Part shown: one piece after another, positions 53,019 to 62,947 of the stretch | Numbering within the stretch: position 1 is the stretch's first letter | Layout: the number at the start of each line of letters is the position of its first letter | Assembly: GCA_964359165.1 (NCBI GenBank) | Contig: CAYHRV010000001.1 | Coordinates: 28,080-92,079, forward strand | Source: an uncultured Elusimicrobia bacterium | Lineage (GTDB): Bacteria > Elusimicrobiota > Elusimicrobia > UBA1565 | DNA: 64,000 nt | Direction of reading: 5' to 3' | Translations under genes and position numbers: made by a program | The notes under the pieces: generated by a model | Databases searched by the model: none | Told to the model about the DNA's origin: nothing | Seen by the model: the letters and a program-made list of their open reading frames with translations, nothing else

Positions 53019-53458
53019 TCAGAGCAGCCGGAGCTTGTCCTTGAGCCCGGGGCCGGCCGCGCGGAAGAGGTCCAGGTTCGCGCGGATTTTCTCGACAGGC
53101 CAATCCCACCACTGCAGCCTCAGGAGCAGGCTCACCGTCTCCTCGTCATGGCGCGACCTACGGACCGACGCGGGATTGCCGGCCACGACCGAGTCGGGGG
53201 GGCGTCGTGGGTAAGGACCGCGTGGGCGGCGACGACGGCGCCGTGGCCGACGCTCACGTTCTTCCCGATCACGGCGCCGTGCCCTATCCAGACGTCATTG
53301 CCTATCGTGACGCCCGAAGACTCGAAAGAGGACGGAGGGTAGAACTCGGAGGCATCAAGGTCCGTGAAGGGGGGGCGGAAGGGGAAGGGATAGGTGCTCG
53401 CCCGGTCGGCCCGATGGTAGCCCTCGCCGCGGCAGAGCACTCGGCTTGTCGGATGCAC
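53019..53458 (-). pseudogene. Decayed Vat/XAT acetyltransferase paralogue (internal deletion plus frameshift in a G7/C7 run)
   Basis: The N-terminal frame MHPTSRV...STYPFPF...HDAPP breaks at the homopolymer 53196-53202. The shifted frame continues DSVVAGNPASV...WWDWPVEKIRANLDLF...KDKLRLL-stop. About 55 residues present in the 19158-19856 copy are missing. Confidence 0.65.
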
Positions 53459-53562
53459 CTCATGCGCCCTCCCGCTCCTCAGCCGCCGCCGGTCGAGGCC
53501 GAGCCATCACTTGAGCCGGTCCATCGCGGAAGGATGCTAGTATTTTAGTACAATCAATCCGA

Positions 53563-53949
53563 ATGCTCCGAGACCCCATCTCCGACGGAGAAGCCGCCCC
53601 CGCCTCCTTCGACTCCCGGAGCCGGTATCGGGACGCCTTCTTCGGGGACTTGGTGCCGGAGATCGAGAATCGAGGATACACGCCCCTGCTGTTCGGGCCG
53701 GTATCCGGCGGCGCGCAGACCCTGCGCCGATGCGCCGGCCACCGTTCCTTCCCAATGCTCCGCCTCGAGCAATGCGCCGAGGGACTGCGGCGGGCCGTCG
53801 CGGAGATCGCGTCCGCCCCGAGGGATCGCATGGAGAGCGCGCGCCGCGACGCGCGGCTGTTCACCGAACGGTACTTGCGCGCGCCGAGTCCGGCGGCGCT
53901 GGGAGCCTTTTTCATGGAGGCAGGCGATGCCCGGCCCCTCGGCCCCTGA
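53563..53949 (+). CDS. Hypothetical protein (128 aa)
   Basis: G/C-rich third positions. Weak resemblance to the C-terminal tail of a GT-B glycosyltransferase. Overlaps the GT2 start by 23 nt. Confidence 0.35.
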   Translation: MLRDPISDGEAAPASFDSRSRYRDAFFGDLVPEIENRGYTPLLFGPVSGGAQTLRRCAGHRSFPMLRLEQCAEGLRRAVAEIASAPRDRMESARRDARLFTERYLRAPSPAALGAFFMEAGDARPLGP

Positions 53950-54910
53950 CTCCCCGGGACTCGCGCCGCTTCCGGCGCAGCCGCTGCTGAGCGTCATCGT
54001 TCCATGCTACAACATGGCCGGGCATACCCGGCTGACCGTCGAGAGCCTGCTGCGCCAGAGCTATCCGCGCCTGGAGGTGCTCTGCGTCGATGATGGGTCG
54101 AAGGACGGCACCCTGGAGATGCTCGCGGGATTCGGGAGCCGCATCCAGGTGATCGCCCAGAAGAACCAAGGCGCCTGCCGCGCCCGCAATGCCGGCCTCT
54201 TCCGCTCGCGGGGGGAGCTCGTGGCTTTTTTGGACTGCGACGACCTCTGGGAGCCCCGGAAGGCGCAAAGGGCCGTGGAGGCCTTCGAGGCGAACCCGCG
54301 GGCGGGCCTGGTCTATCATCACGCGCTCTGGATCGACGCGGGCGGGCGCGTCGTGGGCCCCCCCGCCCTTCCCTCTCTGCCGTCGGGACGGATATTCTCC
54401 CGGCTCATCGAGAAGGACTTCATCCGGAACTCGACGCCCACGCTCCGCCGCGCCGCGCTCGACGCGGTGGGGGGATGGGATGAGACGATCTTCACCACCG
54501 CCGATTGGGAGCTCTGGTTGAGGATCACGCGCCGCTACGAGGCGGTGTTCTTGCCCGAGGCGCTTTCCAGGACGCGCATCGCCAGCCTCTACAACGCGCG
54601 CAACATCGAGCAGACGCGGCGCGAGACGCTCTATATTTTCGACAAGTACGCCTCCGAGCTCGGCCCCCGCGCGCGCCGGTCCGCCGAAGCCCACATGCAT
54701 TTTTACCTCTCCCGGCTGCACGCGGCCAACGGCGACTACGCCGCGGCGCGCGGTTCGGCGATCGAGGCCGCGCGGTTGGACCCCACGCTCAAGCACCGCC
54801 TCATGGCCCGGCTCTACGGCCTGGGGCGGCCGGCCAACGAGGCGCTCGCCTCCGCGTGGAGGGCGTTTTCCAGGTGGTCGTCGAATCGCTTCAAGAGGAT
54901 ACCCGGATGA
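53927..54910 (+). CDS. Family-2 glycosyltransferase
   Basis: SVIVPCYN, VDDGSKDGT and LDCDD motifs. Confidence 0.85.
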   Translation: MPGPSAPDSPGLAPLPAQPLLSVIVPCYNMAGHTRLTVESLLRQSYPRLEVLCVDDGSKDGTLEMLAGFGSRIQVIAQKNQGACRARNAGLFRSRGELVAFLDCDDLWEPRKAQRAVEAFEANPRAGLVYHHALWIDAGGRVVGPPALPSLPSGRIFSRLIEKDFIRNSTPTLRRAALDAVGGWDETIFTTADWELWLRITRRYEAVFLPEALSRTRIASLYNARNIEQTRRETLYIFDKYASELGPRARRSAEAHMHFYLSRLHAANGDYAAARGSAIEAARLDPTLKHRLMARLYGLGRPANEALASAWRAFSRWSSNRFKRIPG

Positions 54911-55086
54911 GGATCACCCCGCTCGGCGGCGCGGGGACGGCGCTCAGCGGAGCGCCGAGAGGATCGTTCGCAGGCTGAGAAAGGCGATTAGGAAACCGAC
55001 GGCGAGCACCACGGGGAGATCGGGGTCCATCCACCGGATTATAATATTTTATCGCCCCGCTCCCTGGTTGCCGCCTTCGGCCCAAT

Positions 55087-56028
55087 ATGGGAGAATTCGC
55101 ATCCGAGGCCGGCATGAATCCATTGCTCAGACGCTTGCTGGAAACCACCCAACAGGAGCGGACGCTGTCCCTGGTGGACGTGGGGAGCATGGGAGGACCG
55201 GAGGAGGAGTGGCGGGAACTCCTGGCCGAGGGGTTCGCGCGGGCCGAGGGCTTCGAGCCGGACCCCCGGGAGTTCGCGCGCCTTCCCAAGGGAGGCGCGG
55301 TCACCTACCATCATTGCGCGTTGGCTGAGCGCTCGGGAGTCGCGATGACGCTTCACATCGCCCGAGAGCCCGGAAAGACCTCGGTCTACGAGCCCAATCT
55401 GCCTTTGTTGCGGCGCTTTCCGAGGGCCGAGCGCTGGGAGATCGTCGGGACCCGGGCCCTGGAGGGCGGCTTCGTCCGGACCCTCGACGAGACGGTCTCC
55501 GGCGCCGACTTCCTCAAGCTCGATACGCAGGGAAGCGAACTCGACATACTGCGCGGCGGACCCCTGACGGTGTCGAAAGCCCTGGGCCTCAAGGTCGAAG
55601 TCGAATTCCTCGAGCTCTACAAGGGCCAGCCGCTCTTCGGGGATGTGGACCGCTTTCTGAGGGCTTCCGGCTTCGAGCTCGTGGACCTTCGCCGCGTTTT
55701 CTGGAAGCGGCGGGAGCTGGGAGGGTTTTTCGGGAAAGGCCAGCTCGTCTTCGGCGACGCGCTCTACCTGCGTCCTCCCGAGTCCGTGCCGCCCGAGCGC
55801 GCGGCGGCCTATGCCGCGCTCTGCCTCCTCTACGGGATGCGGGATTGGACGGCCGCCCTGAACCTGCCCGGCGCCCTGGGGACGGCGCTTCGGGCGCCGG
55901 ATGCGGCCTATGCCCTCCGGGTTCCCGGGCGCAACCGGCTCTTGCGCTGGGGCCGGGCCCTCAGCCGTTTCCTGTCCCGGAGCGACCAAGGCTTCTCTGA
56001 CGGGGACGTGGGTCTGGGCAATCCCTAG
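55087..56028 (+). CDS. FkbM-family methyltransferase
   Basis: LVDVGSMGG and FLKLDTQGSELDIL motifs. Confidence 0.75.
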   Translation: MGEFASEAGMNPLLRRLLETTQQERTLSLVDVGSMGGPEEEWRELLAEGFARAEGFEPDPREFARLPKGGAVTYHHCALAERSGVAMTLHIAREPGKTSVYEPNLPLLRRFPRAERWEIVGTRALEGGFVRTLDETVSGADFLKLDTQGSELDILRGGPLTVSKALGLKVEVEFLELYKGQPLFGDVDRFLRASGFELVDLRRVFWKRRELGGFFGKGQLVFGDALYLRPPESVPPERAAAYAALCLLYGMRDWTAALNLPGALGTALRAPDAAYALRVPGRNRLLRWGRALSRFLSRSDQGFSDGDVGLGNP

Positions 56029-56606
56029 CCCCGGAGAGCGAGGGCCAGAGCGGCGACGCTGCACACCGTGGCCGGGCGGCCGTCGGTCAGCAGGGCGAGG
56101 GCGCGCTCGGGACGCATCCAACTCAGGGAGCATTCCTCGAGGTCGTCGTTGCGGGGGTCCTGGACCCTCGCCGTTCCCCGAGCCAGGAAGAGGGCGGCCC
56201 GTCCGCAGCCCCGGTTCCCGTTGAGGTGGAAGCGGCCGAGGCTTTTCCAGGACTTGGCCCGACAGCCGGTCTCTTCCAGGAGTTCGCGCTTGGCCGCCGC
56301 GAGGGCCGTTTCCCCCGGGTCGACGTAGCCGGCCGGAAGGGCCCAGCAGACGGATTCAAGTCCGCGCCGATAATGCCTTTCCATGAGCACGCGGCCTTTT
56401 TCATCGAATGCCGCGACGATCGCGAAATCCGGCATCTTGATGGTGTAATAGTCGTCGAGGACGCGTCCGCTGGGGAGGCGGAGTTTCTCCCGGAACACCT
56501 CGAACCAGGGTTTCGCCCGGAACACGCTCCTGCGGCCGAGGAGTTTCCAGGGTCTGGGCCCCGCGGAGCCCGCGAGGGAATCCCCGCCCGGCGCGCGGCG
56601 CTTCAT
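56025..56606 (-). CDS. NUDIX hydrolase (ADP-ribose/nucleotide-sugar pyrophosphatase-like)
   Basis: Start ATG 56606 (ATGA overlap with aroQ). Nudix box [17 protein letters not shown]. Confidence 0.8.
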   Translation of the reverse strand: MKRRAPGGDSLAGSAGPRPWKLLGRRSVFRAKPWFEVFREKLRLPSGRVLDDYYTIKMPDFAIVAAFDEKGRVLMERHYRRGLESVCWALPAGYVDPGETALAAAKRELLEETGCRAKSWKSLGRFHLNGNRGCGRAALFLARGTARVQDPRNDDLEECSLSWMRPERALALLTDGRPATVCSVAALALALRG

Positions 56607-57040
56607 GTCTTCCCGAACTCCCGCTTGAGCCTGGCTAGACCTTCGAGGTAGCTCCGGGGCCCCTTCCCCATCACGGAGGCGACGCAAACGGGGGCCGTGA
56701 CGGAAGTCCGCCGCCACTTCTCCCGCTTGCGGATGTCGCTGAGATGGACCTCCACCGCGGGCAGAGCCACGGCGGAGAGCGCGTCGCGCAGGGCATAGGA
56801 ATAATGGGTGTACGCGCCGGGGTTGATGAGCACGCCCTCGGCCCAGCGGCGGTGCTTGTGCAGGAGGTCGATGAGAGCTCCCTCGTGGTTGCTCTGGAAT
56901 ATCCGGACCCGGAGGCCGAGCCGGGAGGACTCCGCCCGGATGAGGGCATTGAGCCCAGCCAGCGTGAGGGCGCCGTATATCTCGGGCTCGCGCTCACCCA
57001 AGAGATTCAGGTTGGGGCCGTGCAATACGAGGATGTTCAT
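56603..57040 (-). CDS. aroQ: Type II 3-dehydroquinate dehydratase
   Basis: [16 protein letters not shown]-terminus. 145 aa. Confidence 0.9.
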   Translation of the reverse strand: MNILVLHGPNLNLLGEREPEIYGALTLAGLNALIRAESSRLGLRVRIFQSNHEGALIDLLHKHRRWAEGVLINPGAYTHYSYALRDALSAVALPAVEVHLSDIRKREKWRRTSVTAPVCVASVMGKGPRSYLEGLARLKREFGKT

Positions 57041-58125
57041 AGCGCTCCGATGCCCCGCAAGGTCCGGCGGATGTCGGCTCCGGAGACGTCGTCTACGCGG
57101 CGCGGCCGGCCGATGCCTTCGAGGAGTATGAAGACGTTGCGCGAGCCGCGCACCTTCTTGTCCCGGCTCAAGGCCTCGGCCAGCCCGCGCATCCCCCGGA
57201 GCGCGGGCGCGGGGAGCCGCTCCAGGAGCCGCGCGCCGAGGCGGGCATCGCGGGCATCGACGAGCCAGCCCCGGTCCCGGGAGAGGGCCGCGGCCGCGCG
57301 CATGCCCCAGGCCACCCCTTCCCCGTGGAGGAGCCGGTATCCCGAGAGCGTCTCGAAGGCGTGGCCCAGGGTGTGCCCGAAGTTGAGGAGCTCCCTCTGT
57401 CCCGAGAGGTCCCGCTCGTCCTGGGCCACGATGCGCGCCTTCCAGCCGACGCAGGCCGCCACCATGTCCCTGAGGGAAGCGGGATCCCTGCGCAGGACAT
57501 CCTCCCAGCGCTTGTCCAGCCAAGAGGCGAAGGTCCGGTCGAAGACCAGGGCGTATTTCACCACCTCGGCCATCCCGGAGAGGAATTGGTGCTCGGAGAG
57601 GCTCGCGAGAGTCCCCACGTCGCAGACCACGAAGGCGGGCTGGTGGAACGAGCCCACCGCGTTCTTCGCGCGGGGGAGGTCCACCGCGGTCTTGCCCCCG
57701 ATAGAGCTGTCCACCTGGGCGAGCAGGGTGGTCGGCACATGGACCAGGGGGATGCCGCGGTAGAAAGTCGCGGCGGCGAAGCCCGCGGCGTCCCCTATGG
57801 AGCCGCCGCCCACCGCCACCAGGGGGGTGCGCCGCCGGGCGCCCTTCTCCAGCAGGAAGGAGTAGATGTCCGATATGACGCGCAGGTCCTTGGCTTTCTC
57901 GCCCTCGGGCAGGGTGAGGAGCGAGGCCGCGCGGCCCGAGGAACGGATGGCGCGGAGCAATCGTCCGGCGATGCTGCGAGCCAGGCGCCGGTCGGTTACG
58001 ACCAGGGCGGACTCCTGAGGAGTCCGCGACTTCAGCCAGCGGGGGAGAGAGGGTGAGAGTCCCTGGCCGATGTAGACCGGATAGGCCCTTCCCGGCAACA
58101 GGACTTCGACGACCGTGGTTTTCAT
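57037..58125 (-). CDS. aroB: 3-dehydroquinate synthase
   Basis: Start ATG 58125. [11 protein letters not shown] nucleotide loop and metal-site His residues (HTLGHAFE). Confidence 0.9.
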   Translation of the reverse strand: MKTTVVEVLLPGRAYPVYIGQGLSPSLPRWLKSRTPQESALVVTDRRLARSIAGRLLRAIRSSGRAASLLTLPEGEKAKDLRVISDIYSFLLEKGARRRTPLVAVGGGSIGDAAGFAAATFYRGIPLVHVPTTLLAQVDSSIGGKTAVDLPRAKNAVGSFHQPAFVVCDVGTLASLSEHQFLSGMAEVVKYALVFDRTFASWLDKRWEDVLRRDPASLRDMVAACVGWKARIVAQDERDLSGQRELLNFGHTLGHAFETLSGYRLLHGEGVAWGMRAAAALSRDRGWLVDARDARLGARLLERLPAPALRGMRGLAEALSRDKKVRGSRNVFILLEGIGRPRRVDDVSGADIRRTLRGIGAL

Positions 58126-58670
58126 CTCACCCAGCCTTCGCCGCGGAGGCGGCGCAGGAGCCGCTCCGAGACCCTGTCCGGGTCCCCTTCGGTCCGAAAG
58201 GAGAGATGGGCCGCCCGGCGATAGAGGGAGCGGCGCTCGAGATAGAGTCGGCGGACGTTGCGCAGGCGCTCTTGGCGCGTGCGCCCCTTCCATAGGGGCC
58301 TGCGTTCCTCGCCGTGCCGCTCGCCGCGCTCGAAGATCGCCTCCAAGGACGCCTGGCGGTAGACCACGACCCCGGTGCGGCGCATAGCGGCCACGTTCGC
58401 GGGGTCCAGGACGGCGCCTCCGCCCACGGACACCACCCGCCGGCTCCGGCGCGCGGCATGGGCCACGGCCCGGGCCTCCAGCCGCCGAAAGCGCGCCTCG
58501 CCCTCACGCTCGAAGATGGCGGCGACGCTGCGGCCCTGGGAAGCCTCCACCGCCGAGTCCGTGTCCAGGAAGGGCCAGCCCAGGCGTCCGGCCAGGGCCC
58601 GGCCGAGCTTGGTCTTCCCGCTGGCCATGAAGCCGACGAGGAAGACTTTATCCACGGGACGCTGCTTCAT
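58122..58670 (-). CDS. aroK: Shikimate kinase
   Basis: Start ATG 58670. [11 protein letters not shown]-loop. Confidence 0.85.
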   Translation of the reverse strand: MKQRPVDKVFLVGFMASGKTKLGRALAGRLGWPFLDTDSAVEASQGRSVAAIFEREGEARFRRLEARAVAHAARRSRRVVSVGGGAVLDPANVAAMRRTGVVVYRQASLEAIFERGERHGEERRPLWKGRTRQERLRNVRRLYLERRSLYRRAAHLSFRTEGDPDRVSERLLRRLRGEGWVR

Positions 58671-59805
58671 GTCTCCGGATCTCCGCGATGGAATCTCCGC
58701 CGAACTTCTCCAGGAACGCGTCCGCCAGGACGAGGGCCGCCAGCGCCTCGCCGATGACCGCGGCCGCGGGCACGGCGCAGACATCGGAGCGTTCGATGTG
58801 GGCGCAGGCCGCCTTCCCGGTCTTGAGGTCCACCGAGCGCAGGGGCTTCATGAGCGTGGCCAGGGGTTTCATGGCCGCGCGCACGACGAGGGTCTCGCCC
58901 GTGGTCATGCCGCCCTCGAGCCCGCCCGCGCGGTTGGTGCGCCGCGCCGCCGCGCGTCCCTTGCCGGGATAGAGCTCGTCATGCGCCAAGGAGCCCGAGG
59001 TCTGGGAGAGCGAGAATCCCAGACCGATCTCCACGCCTTTGACCGCGTTGAGGCTCATGAAGGCGGCCGAGAGGGCGCCTTCCAGGCGGCGGTCCCACTG
59101 GGCGTAGCCGCCCAGGGCGGGGGGAAGTCCGCCGACGCGCACCTCGAAGACCCCGCCCAGCGTGTCCCCGGCCTTGCGGGCGTGGTCGATGACGGCCCTC
59201 ATGCGTTCCTCCGCATCCGCGCTCAGGCAGCGGACGCTGGAGGAGTCCGCGGCGGCGTTCATGCGGTCCACCGGGACCAGGTCGGCGTCCGCGTGGTCCT
59301 GCGCCCCGCCGATGGAGACCACGCGGCTGGCGATGCGCACGCCGAACTCCTCCAGGAGGAGGCGCGCCGGGACAGAGAGGGCCGTGCGCATGGCGGTCTC
59401 CCGGGCGCTGGCGCGCTCGAGCACGCTGCGCAGGTCCTTGTGGCCGTATTTGATGGAGCCGCACAGGTCGGCGTGCCCGGGGCGGGGGATGCTCACGGAC
59501 TTGAGGCTCTCATCCCCACCGGGCTCGACTTGGAGCGCTCCGGTCCAATTCTTCCAATCCTTGTTCCAAAGGAGGAGCGCGATGGGCGAGCCGATGGTCT
59601 TGCCGTGGCGGACCCCGGAGAGCAGCTCGGCCTTGTCGGACTCGATCTTCATCCTGCCGCCGCGGCCGTGGCCGCGCTGCCTGCGCGAGAGCTGTTCCTC
59701 TATGTGGCCGGCTTCCAGAGCCAGCCCCGCCGGCATCCCCTCGATGATGCCGACGAGCCCCTTGCCGTGCGATTCGCCCGCCGTAAGATAGCGCAGTCTG
59801 TTCAT
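58648..59805 (-). CDS. aroC: Chorismate synthase
   Basis: MNRLRYLTAGESHG N-terminus. Confidence 0.9.
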   Translation of the reverse strand: MNRLRYLTAGESHGKGLVGIIEGMPAGLALEAGHIEEQLSRRQRGHGRGGRMKIESDKAELLSGVRHGKTIGSPIALLLWNKDWKNWTGALQVEPGGDESLKSVSIPRPGHADLCGSIKYGHKDLRSVLERASARETAMRTALSVPARLLLEEFGVRIASRVVSIGGAQDHADADLVPVDRMNAAADSSSVRCLSADAEERMRAVIDHARKAGDTLGGVFEVRVGGLPPALGGYAQWDRRLEGALSAAFMSLNAVKGVEIGLGFSLSQTSGSLAHDELYPGKGRAAARRTNRAGGLEGGMTTGETLVVRAAMKPLATLMKPLRSVDLKTGKAACAHIERSDVCAVPAAAVIGEALAALVLADAFLEKFGGDSIAEIRRHEAASRG

Positions 59806-60632
59806 AGGTTGTGTTTTCCCATTTCTTCTTCCACCTTCTCCACGACGCGCTCGGAGAGCGCCTCATCGAACCAGATGCGCCAGGCCGCCGCGGCTTGGGC
59901 CACGAGCATCCCCAGCCCGCCCAGGGTCCGCGCCCCGGCGCCGCGCGCCGCCCTGAGGAACGGGGTGTCGGCCGGCCGGTAGACCAGGTCGTAAGCCAAC
60001 GCCTCGCTCCTCAGCCGGAACCCCTCCGGCAGGGGACAGCTCTTGCCGTCCAAACCCGCGGAGGTGGCGTTGACGACCAGGTCCGCGTACGCCAAGGCCT
60101 CCAGCGACTCGCGCTCCGCGAGTGGGGCCCAGCGCGCCTTGAAATCCTCGGCCAGGGACCGGGCGCGCTCGGGCGCGCGTCCCAGCACCCAGAGGGCGCC
60201 GGCTCCGCGCCGCCTCAAGGCCGCGCATACCGCCCGAGCCGCTCCTCCCGCGCCCAGCACCGCGGCGCGCTTCACCCCGGCGGCGAAGCCCATCTTGTCC
60301 AGCGGGGCGAGGAAGCCTTCGAGGTCGGTATTGTACCCGAAGCAGCGGCCTTGATGGAACCGGACGGCGTTGACGGCGCCGACCTCGCGCGCCGTCTCAT
60401 CGACGCGGTCGAGCCGGCGCATGATCTCCACCTTGAGCGGCAGCGTGACGTTCCAGCCGGTCCAGGGGCGCCTGCGGGCCGAGCGCAGGGCCGCTTCAAG
60501 ACCCTCCGGCCCGAGCGTCAGGGCGTAGTGGCGCACAGGGCGCCCGGTCTCCCGTGAGAAGGTTTTGAATATGAGCGGGGAGAGGGAATGCGAGATCGGC
60601 CGTCCCACCACCGCGGCCCAGGCGGCTTTCAT
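59802..60632 (-). CDS. aroE: Shikimate dehydrogenase
   Basis: Start ATG 60632 (ATGA overlap). VVGRPISHSLSP and NVTLPLK motifs. Confidence 0.85.
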   Translation of the reverse strand: MKAAWAAVVGRPISHSLSPLIFKTFSRETGRPVRHYALTLGPEGLEAALRSARRRPWTGWNVTLPLKVEIMRRLDRVDETAREVGAVNAVRFHQGRCFGYNTDLEGFLAPLDKMGFAAGVKRAAVLGAGGAARAVCAALRRRGAGALWVLGRAPERARSLAEDFKARWAPLAERESLEALAYADLVVNATSAGLDGKSCPLPEGFRLRSEALAYDLVYRPADTPFLRAARGAGARTLGGLGMLVAQAAAAWRIWFDEALSERVVEKVEEEMGKHNL

Positions 60633-61918
60633 TGTCCGGCGCACCTCTCGAGGTCCAGGAAAAATCCGGGATAGGAGATCGCCGCGCACTCGGCGTCCGA
60701 AAGCGTGGTCTCCCCTTGCGCGGCCAGGGCCGCCACGGCGAAGGCCATGGCGATGCGGTGGTCGGCGCGCGTCTCGATGGCGGCGCCGCGCAGGCGGCAG
60801 GGGCCTTCGATGAGGAGGTCCTCTCCTTCCGTACGGGCCTTGACCCCCATGGCGTGCAGGGCCGCGAGAGTCGTCGAAAGCCGGTCGGACTCCTTGTGGC
60901 GCAGTTCCGCGAGTCCCATGAGCCGCGTCTCGCCCTCGGCCTGGGAGGCCACGACCGCCAGGAGGGGGACCTCGTCGACTAGCGAGGGGATCCGTTCGGC
61001 GGCCACGCGCACGGCGCGCAGGCCGCCAAAGGACGCGCGCAGGTCGGCCACGGGTTCTCCGCCCTCCTCTCTCGCGCCGACTTCGGCGACTTGCGCGCCC
61101 ATCTCGCGCAGGACATGGACGAAACCCATGCGCGTGGGGTTGACGCACACCCCGGGCAGGGTCAATTCCGAGCCTTCGACGAGCACGGCGGCGGCCAGGA
61201 AGAAGGCGGCCGAGGAAGGGTCCGCGGGGACGGTGAGCGTCCTGCCGCCTTCCAGGTCCCCGGGGTTGAGGCGGATGGTCTCCCGCTCGACGCTGATGCG
61301 GGCTTTCATCCAGGCGAGCATCCTCTCGGTGTGGTCCCGGGTGGAGAACGGGTCCTCGACGACGCTCTCCCCCTCGCCCGAGAGCGCGGCCAGGAGCAGG
61401 GCGGATTTCACCTGCGCGCTGGGGACATGGAGCTTGTGGCGCAGGGCTTTGAGGGGCTTTTTCCCGCGCAGGCGGATCGGCGCCGTATCCCCGGCCGACA
61501 AGGAGATCTCGGCGCCCATCTCGCGCAGGGGCACGGCCACTCGGCCCATGGGCCTGGCGGAGAGTGAGGAGTCTCCGGTGAGGACGGAATCGAATCCCCA
61601 CCCGGAGAGCATGCCCGCGAGCAGGCGCATGGTGGTGCCGGAGTTGCCGCAGTCCAAGGCGCGTCCCGGAGCGCGCAGCGGGCTATGGGCGGTGTTCCCC
61701 TCGATGAGGATCTCGTCCTTGGAATGGGTGACCCGCGCGCCGAGGGCCTCCAGGCAAGACCGCGTGGACCGGACATCGAGCCCCGGGGGGAGGCTGCGGA
61801 TGATCAGGCCGCCCCGGGCCAGGGCTCCCAGCATCAACGCCCTGTGCCCGATGGATTTATCCCCCGGGACCCGGACCTCGCCCGAAAGGGGCTTATGGGC
61901 GGGAAAGATCGATTTCAG
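60629..61918 (-). CDS. aroA: 3-phosphoshikimate 1-carboxyvinyltransferase (EPSP synthase); non-ATG start
   Basis: The track ORF (TTG 61837) cuts off the conserved PGDKSIGHRALMLGAL motif, which lies in frame upstream. That frame is open only to the TGA at 61952-61954 and holds no ATG, GTG or TTG. A CTG at 61918 sits 8 nt after a GGAGG. Confidence 0.8.
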   Translation of the reverse strand: MKSIFPAHKPLSGEVRVPGDKSIGHRALMLGALARGGLIIRSLPPGLDVRSTRSCLEALGARVTHSKDEILIEGNTAHSPLRAPGRALDCGNSGTTMRLLAGMLSGWGFDSVLTGDSSLSARPMGRVAVPLREMGAEISLSAGDTAPIRLRGKKPLKALRHKLHVPSAQVKSALLLAALSGEGESVVEDPFSTRDHTERMLAWMKARISVERETIRLNPGDLEGGRTLTVPADPSSAAFFLAAAVLVEGSELTLPGVCVNPTRMGFVHVLREMGAQVAEVGAREEGGEPVADLRASFGGLRAVRVAAERIPSLVDEVPLLAVVASQAEGETRLMGLAELRHKESDRLSTTLAALHAMGVKARTEGEDLLIEGPCRLRGAAIETRADHRIAMAFAVAALAAQGETTLSDAECAAISYPGFFLDLERCAGQ

Positions 61919-62041
61919 GACCCAGCCCTCCGGAGGGAGCGGCGCCTTGCATCAGAAACGGGAAGAATGTTGTTGATCGGGACGCTTCCAAGGTGTTGAT
62001 TACCGTTGGAATATTAGCAAATCGCATCCGAGCGCCGCCGA

Positions 62042-62947
62042 TCAGCGCAGGCCGCGCTTCTTGAGGTAGGCGATGAGCTCGCGCGGATAATCGGTGATGA
62101 TCGCGTCCACTCCCAAGGCGAGCATCGCCGACCAGCCCCGCTCGTCGTTGACGGTCCAGGGCGCGACCTGGACTCCGAGTCGATGCAGGGCTTCCACGTC
62201 CTCCCGGGTGAGCCATAAGGCGTTCGGGCTGAGGATGGCCGCTTTCTCGGCCGCCGCCACGGCCGCGAGGTCCGGCAGGTTGTCGGAGATGAGCATGGAT
62301 GTTCGCACGCGCGGCTCGAGCCTGCGCACCTGGGCGAGGGTGCGCCGGTCGAAGGACTGCACGATGACCCGCGACTCCCAGCCGAAATCCCGGACCACCG
62401 CCAGGACGAGCCGGGCGAACTCCGCGGGCTCGGGGCTCAGGTCCGGCTCGCCGGGAACGATCTTCGTCTCGATGTTGAACTCCACGGCCGAGGCCGCCGG
62501 GGCCGTGGAATCCTTCACGAGCCGGAACACCTCGGCCAGGGAGGGGATCCTCTCTCCGGGGACGGGGACCTGCCTTGGGAACCTGGGATTCTTGAGCGAG
62601 CCGCAGTCGTAGCCCCGGACCTCCTCGTAGGTCAAGGACCGAAGCGGGGGCCTGCCGGCGGGCTTGCCGCCGGGAGCCAGGCAGAGGGCGGGGTCGATGC
62701 GCTGATCATGGCTGACGACCACGACTCCGTCCTTGGTCACGTTCAAGTCGAGCTCCAGGACATCCGCTCCCGCTTGGAGGGCCTCCCGGAAGGCGGCCAG
62801 GGTGTTCTCCGGGAGGGCGCCGCGGCAGCCGCGGTGGCCGTGGACGAGCACCCTGGACGCCGCCCAGGAGGGCGTCGAGGGGAGGGCGGCGCAGGCGAAG
62901 AGCCAGCCGACGGCCGCCAGGAACCGAAGCCCGGCCACGGGGTTCAA
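62042..62947 (-). CDS. Secreted glycerophosphodiester phosphodiesterase (GDPD family)
   Basis: A TTG at 62947 overlaps the DAHPS stop (TTGA). Signal-like LRFLAAVGWLFACAALPSTPSWA, then HGHRGCRGALPENT. Confidence 0.75.
   Translation of the reverse strand: MNPVAGLRFLAAVGWLFACAALPSTPSWAASRVLVHGHRGCRGALPENTLAAFREALQAGADVLELDLNVTKDGVVVVSHDQRIDPALCLAPGGKPAGRPPLRSLTYEEVRGYDCGSLKNPRFPRQVPVPGERIPSLAEVFRLVKDSTAPAASAVEFNIETKIVPGEPDLSPEPAEFARLVLAVVRDFGWESRVIVQSFDRRTLAQVRRLEPRVRTSMLISDNLPDLAAVAAAEKAAILSPNALWLTREDVEALHRLGVQVAPWTVNDERGWSAMLALGVDAIITDYPRELIAYLKKRGLR

Noticed and set aside
53196-53202. G7 tract as a bona fide phase-variation switch
   Set aside because: The same gene also lacks about 55 internal residues, so restoring the frame would probably not restore function. 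Decay or sequencing error is more parsimonious, and it is reported only as a possibility.
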